DNA of 64,000 nucleotides from Escherichia coli (GTDB lineage Bacteria; Pseudomonadota; Gammaproteobacteria; Enterobacterales; Enterobacteriaceae): NCBI RefSeq assembly GCF_024502345.1, contig NZ_JALDNN010000001.1; one strand, 5' to 3'. Shown piece by piece: positions 60,953 to 64,000 of this stretch (position 1 is its first letter; each line of letters starts with the position of its first letter). The notes under the pieces were generated by a model. It saw only the letters and a program-made list of their open reading frames with translations, ran no database searches and was not told where the DNA came from. The position numbers and the translations under genes were made by a program.

Positions 60953-61591
60953 ACTTAACTCCCTTTCCCTTATTGGAATGCAGAGAAATAATCCTGAAGA
61001 ATATGATTTATCATGCATATAAAATAAGAAAAAGGAAAATGAGTAAAATTAGGAAAACATAAAGATACGGGTTCTTATAAAAACAGAACCCATTGCCGTG
61101 GAAAGCGTCATTTACCACAGCATAATAATCCATAATGTTCTTGTTGCGTAAACAATCTAATCATAACTACCGCGAATACTCAATCATCCACAAAATGGAT
61201 TAAATGTGCTTTTTAATAATTTATTTATATGTTTAATGCATTAATTCTTAACATTAATTGATCAATAATATTCACCAAATCAATATCAAAAAATCCGCAA
61301 AACATATAATTCAATACAAATCATCAGGATAGGTTTTGCAACGCGTGCATTTTGTCCCCTTTTTCCTCGTGGATTAGATGCAAAAATTTATTCTGAAATA
61401 TGTCAACCGATGAAAAGCATCGGTAGTTAAGCAGAAATTAATATCGCTTGTTTTAACCACAGCAGCACAATTAGCTAATCTTACGGATGCAGAACTCATG
61501 CTGGCGGGACGTTTTTATTGCGTCAGGGTTGACATCCGTTTTTGTATCCAGTAACTCTAAAAGCATATCGCATTCATCTGGAGCTGATTTA

Positions 61592-61678
61592 ATGACTCAC
61601 ATCGTTCGCTTTATCGGTCTACTACTACTAAACGCATCTTCTTTGCGCGGTAGACGAGTGAGCGGCATCCAGCATTAA
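61592..61678 (+). CDS. leuL: leu operon leader peptide (28 aa, four consecutive Leu codons)
   Basis: [28 protein letters not shown] followed by attenuator hairpin. Confidence 0.88.
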   Translation: MTHIVRFIGLLLLNASSLRGRRVSGIQH

Positions 61679-61698
61679 GCCAGCACGCAGTCAAACAA

Positions 61699-61728
61699 AA
61701 AACCCGCGCCATTGCGCGGGTTTTTTTA
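61699..61728 (+). terminator. leu attenuator (Rho-independent terminator)
   Basis: AACCCGCGC-cattg-CGCGGGTTTTTTT hairpin plus U-run between leuL and leuA. Confidence 0.8.
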
Positions 61729-61770
61729 TGCCCGAAGCGAGGCGCTCTAAAAGAGACAAGGACCCAAACC

Positions 61771-64000
<2,230 letters not shown>

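Overview
Escherichia coli-type chromosomal segment, reversed relative to the usual K-12 map: (cueO)-yacC-speE-speD-yacL-acnB-yacH-lpd-aceF-aceE-pdhR-[island]-aroP-[sugar module]-ampE-ampD-nadC-ppdD-hofB-hofC-guaC-coaE-zapD-yacG-mutT-secA-secM-lpxC-ftsZ-ftsA-ftsQ-ddlB-murC-murG-ftsW-murD-mraY-murF-murE-ftsI-ftsL-rsmH-mraZ-cra-ilvH-ilvI-leuO-leuL-leuA-(leuB). Almost all of it is conserved core genome (PDH complex, dcw cell-division/cell-wall cluster, leu operon). Two segments are not explained by the core gene order. (1) About 16.3-21.4 kb, between the divergent pdhR and aroP genes: an AT-rich island encoding a 593-aa protein with an Hcp-like (T6SS tube protein) N-terminus fused to a colicin E7/E9-type HNH DNase C-terminus, its Im7/Im9-like immunity gene, and three downstream orphan modules (truncated DNase tail plus immunity gene), two of which form an exact 698-bp tandem duplication. 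No T6SS structural genes, integrase or transposase are in the window. (2) About 22.9-25.3 kb, between aroP and ampE: a two-gene GPH-family transporter plus GH43 glycosidase module. All calls rest on reading the supplied ORF translations and the sequence against remembered protein families; no database search was run.
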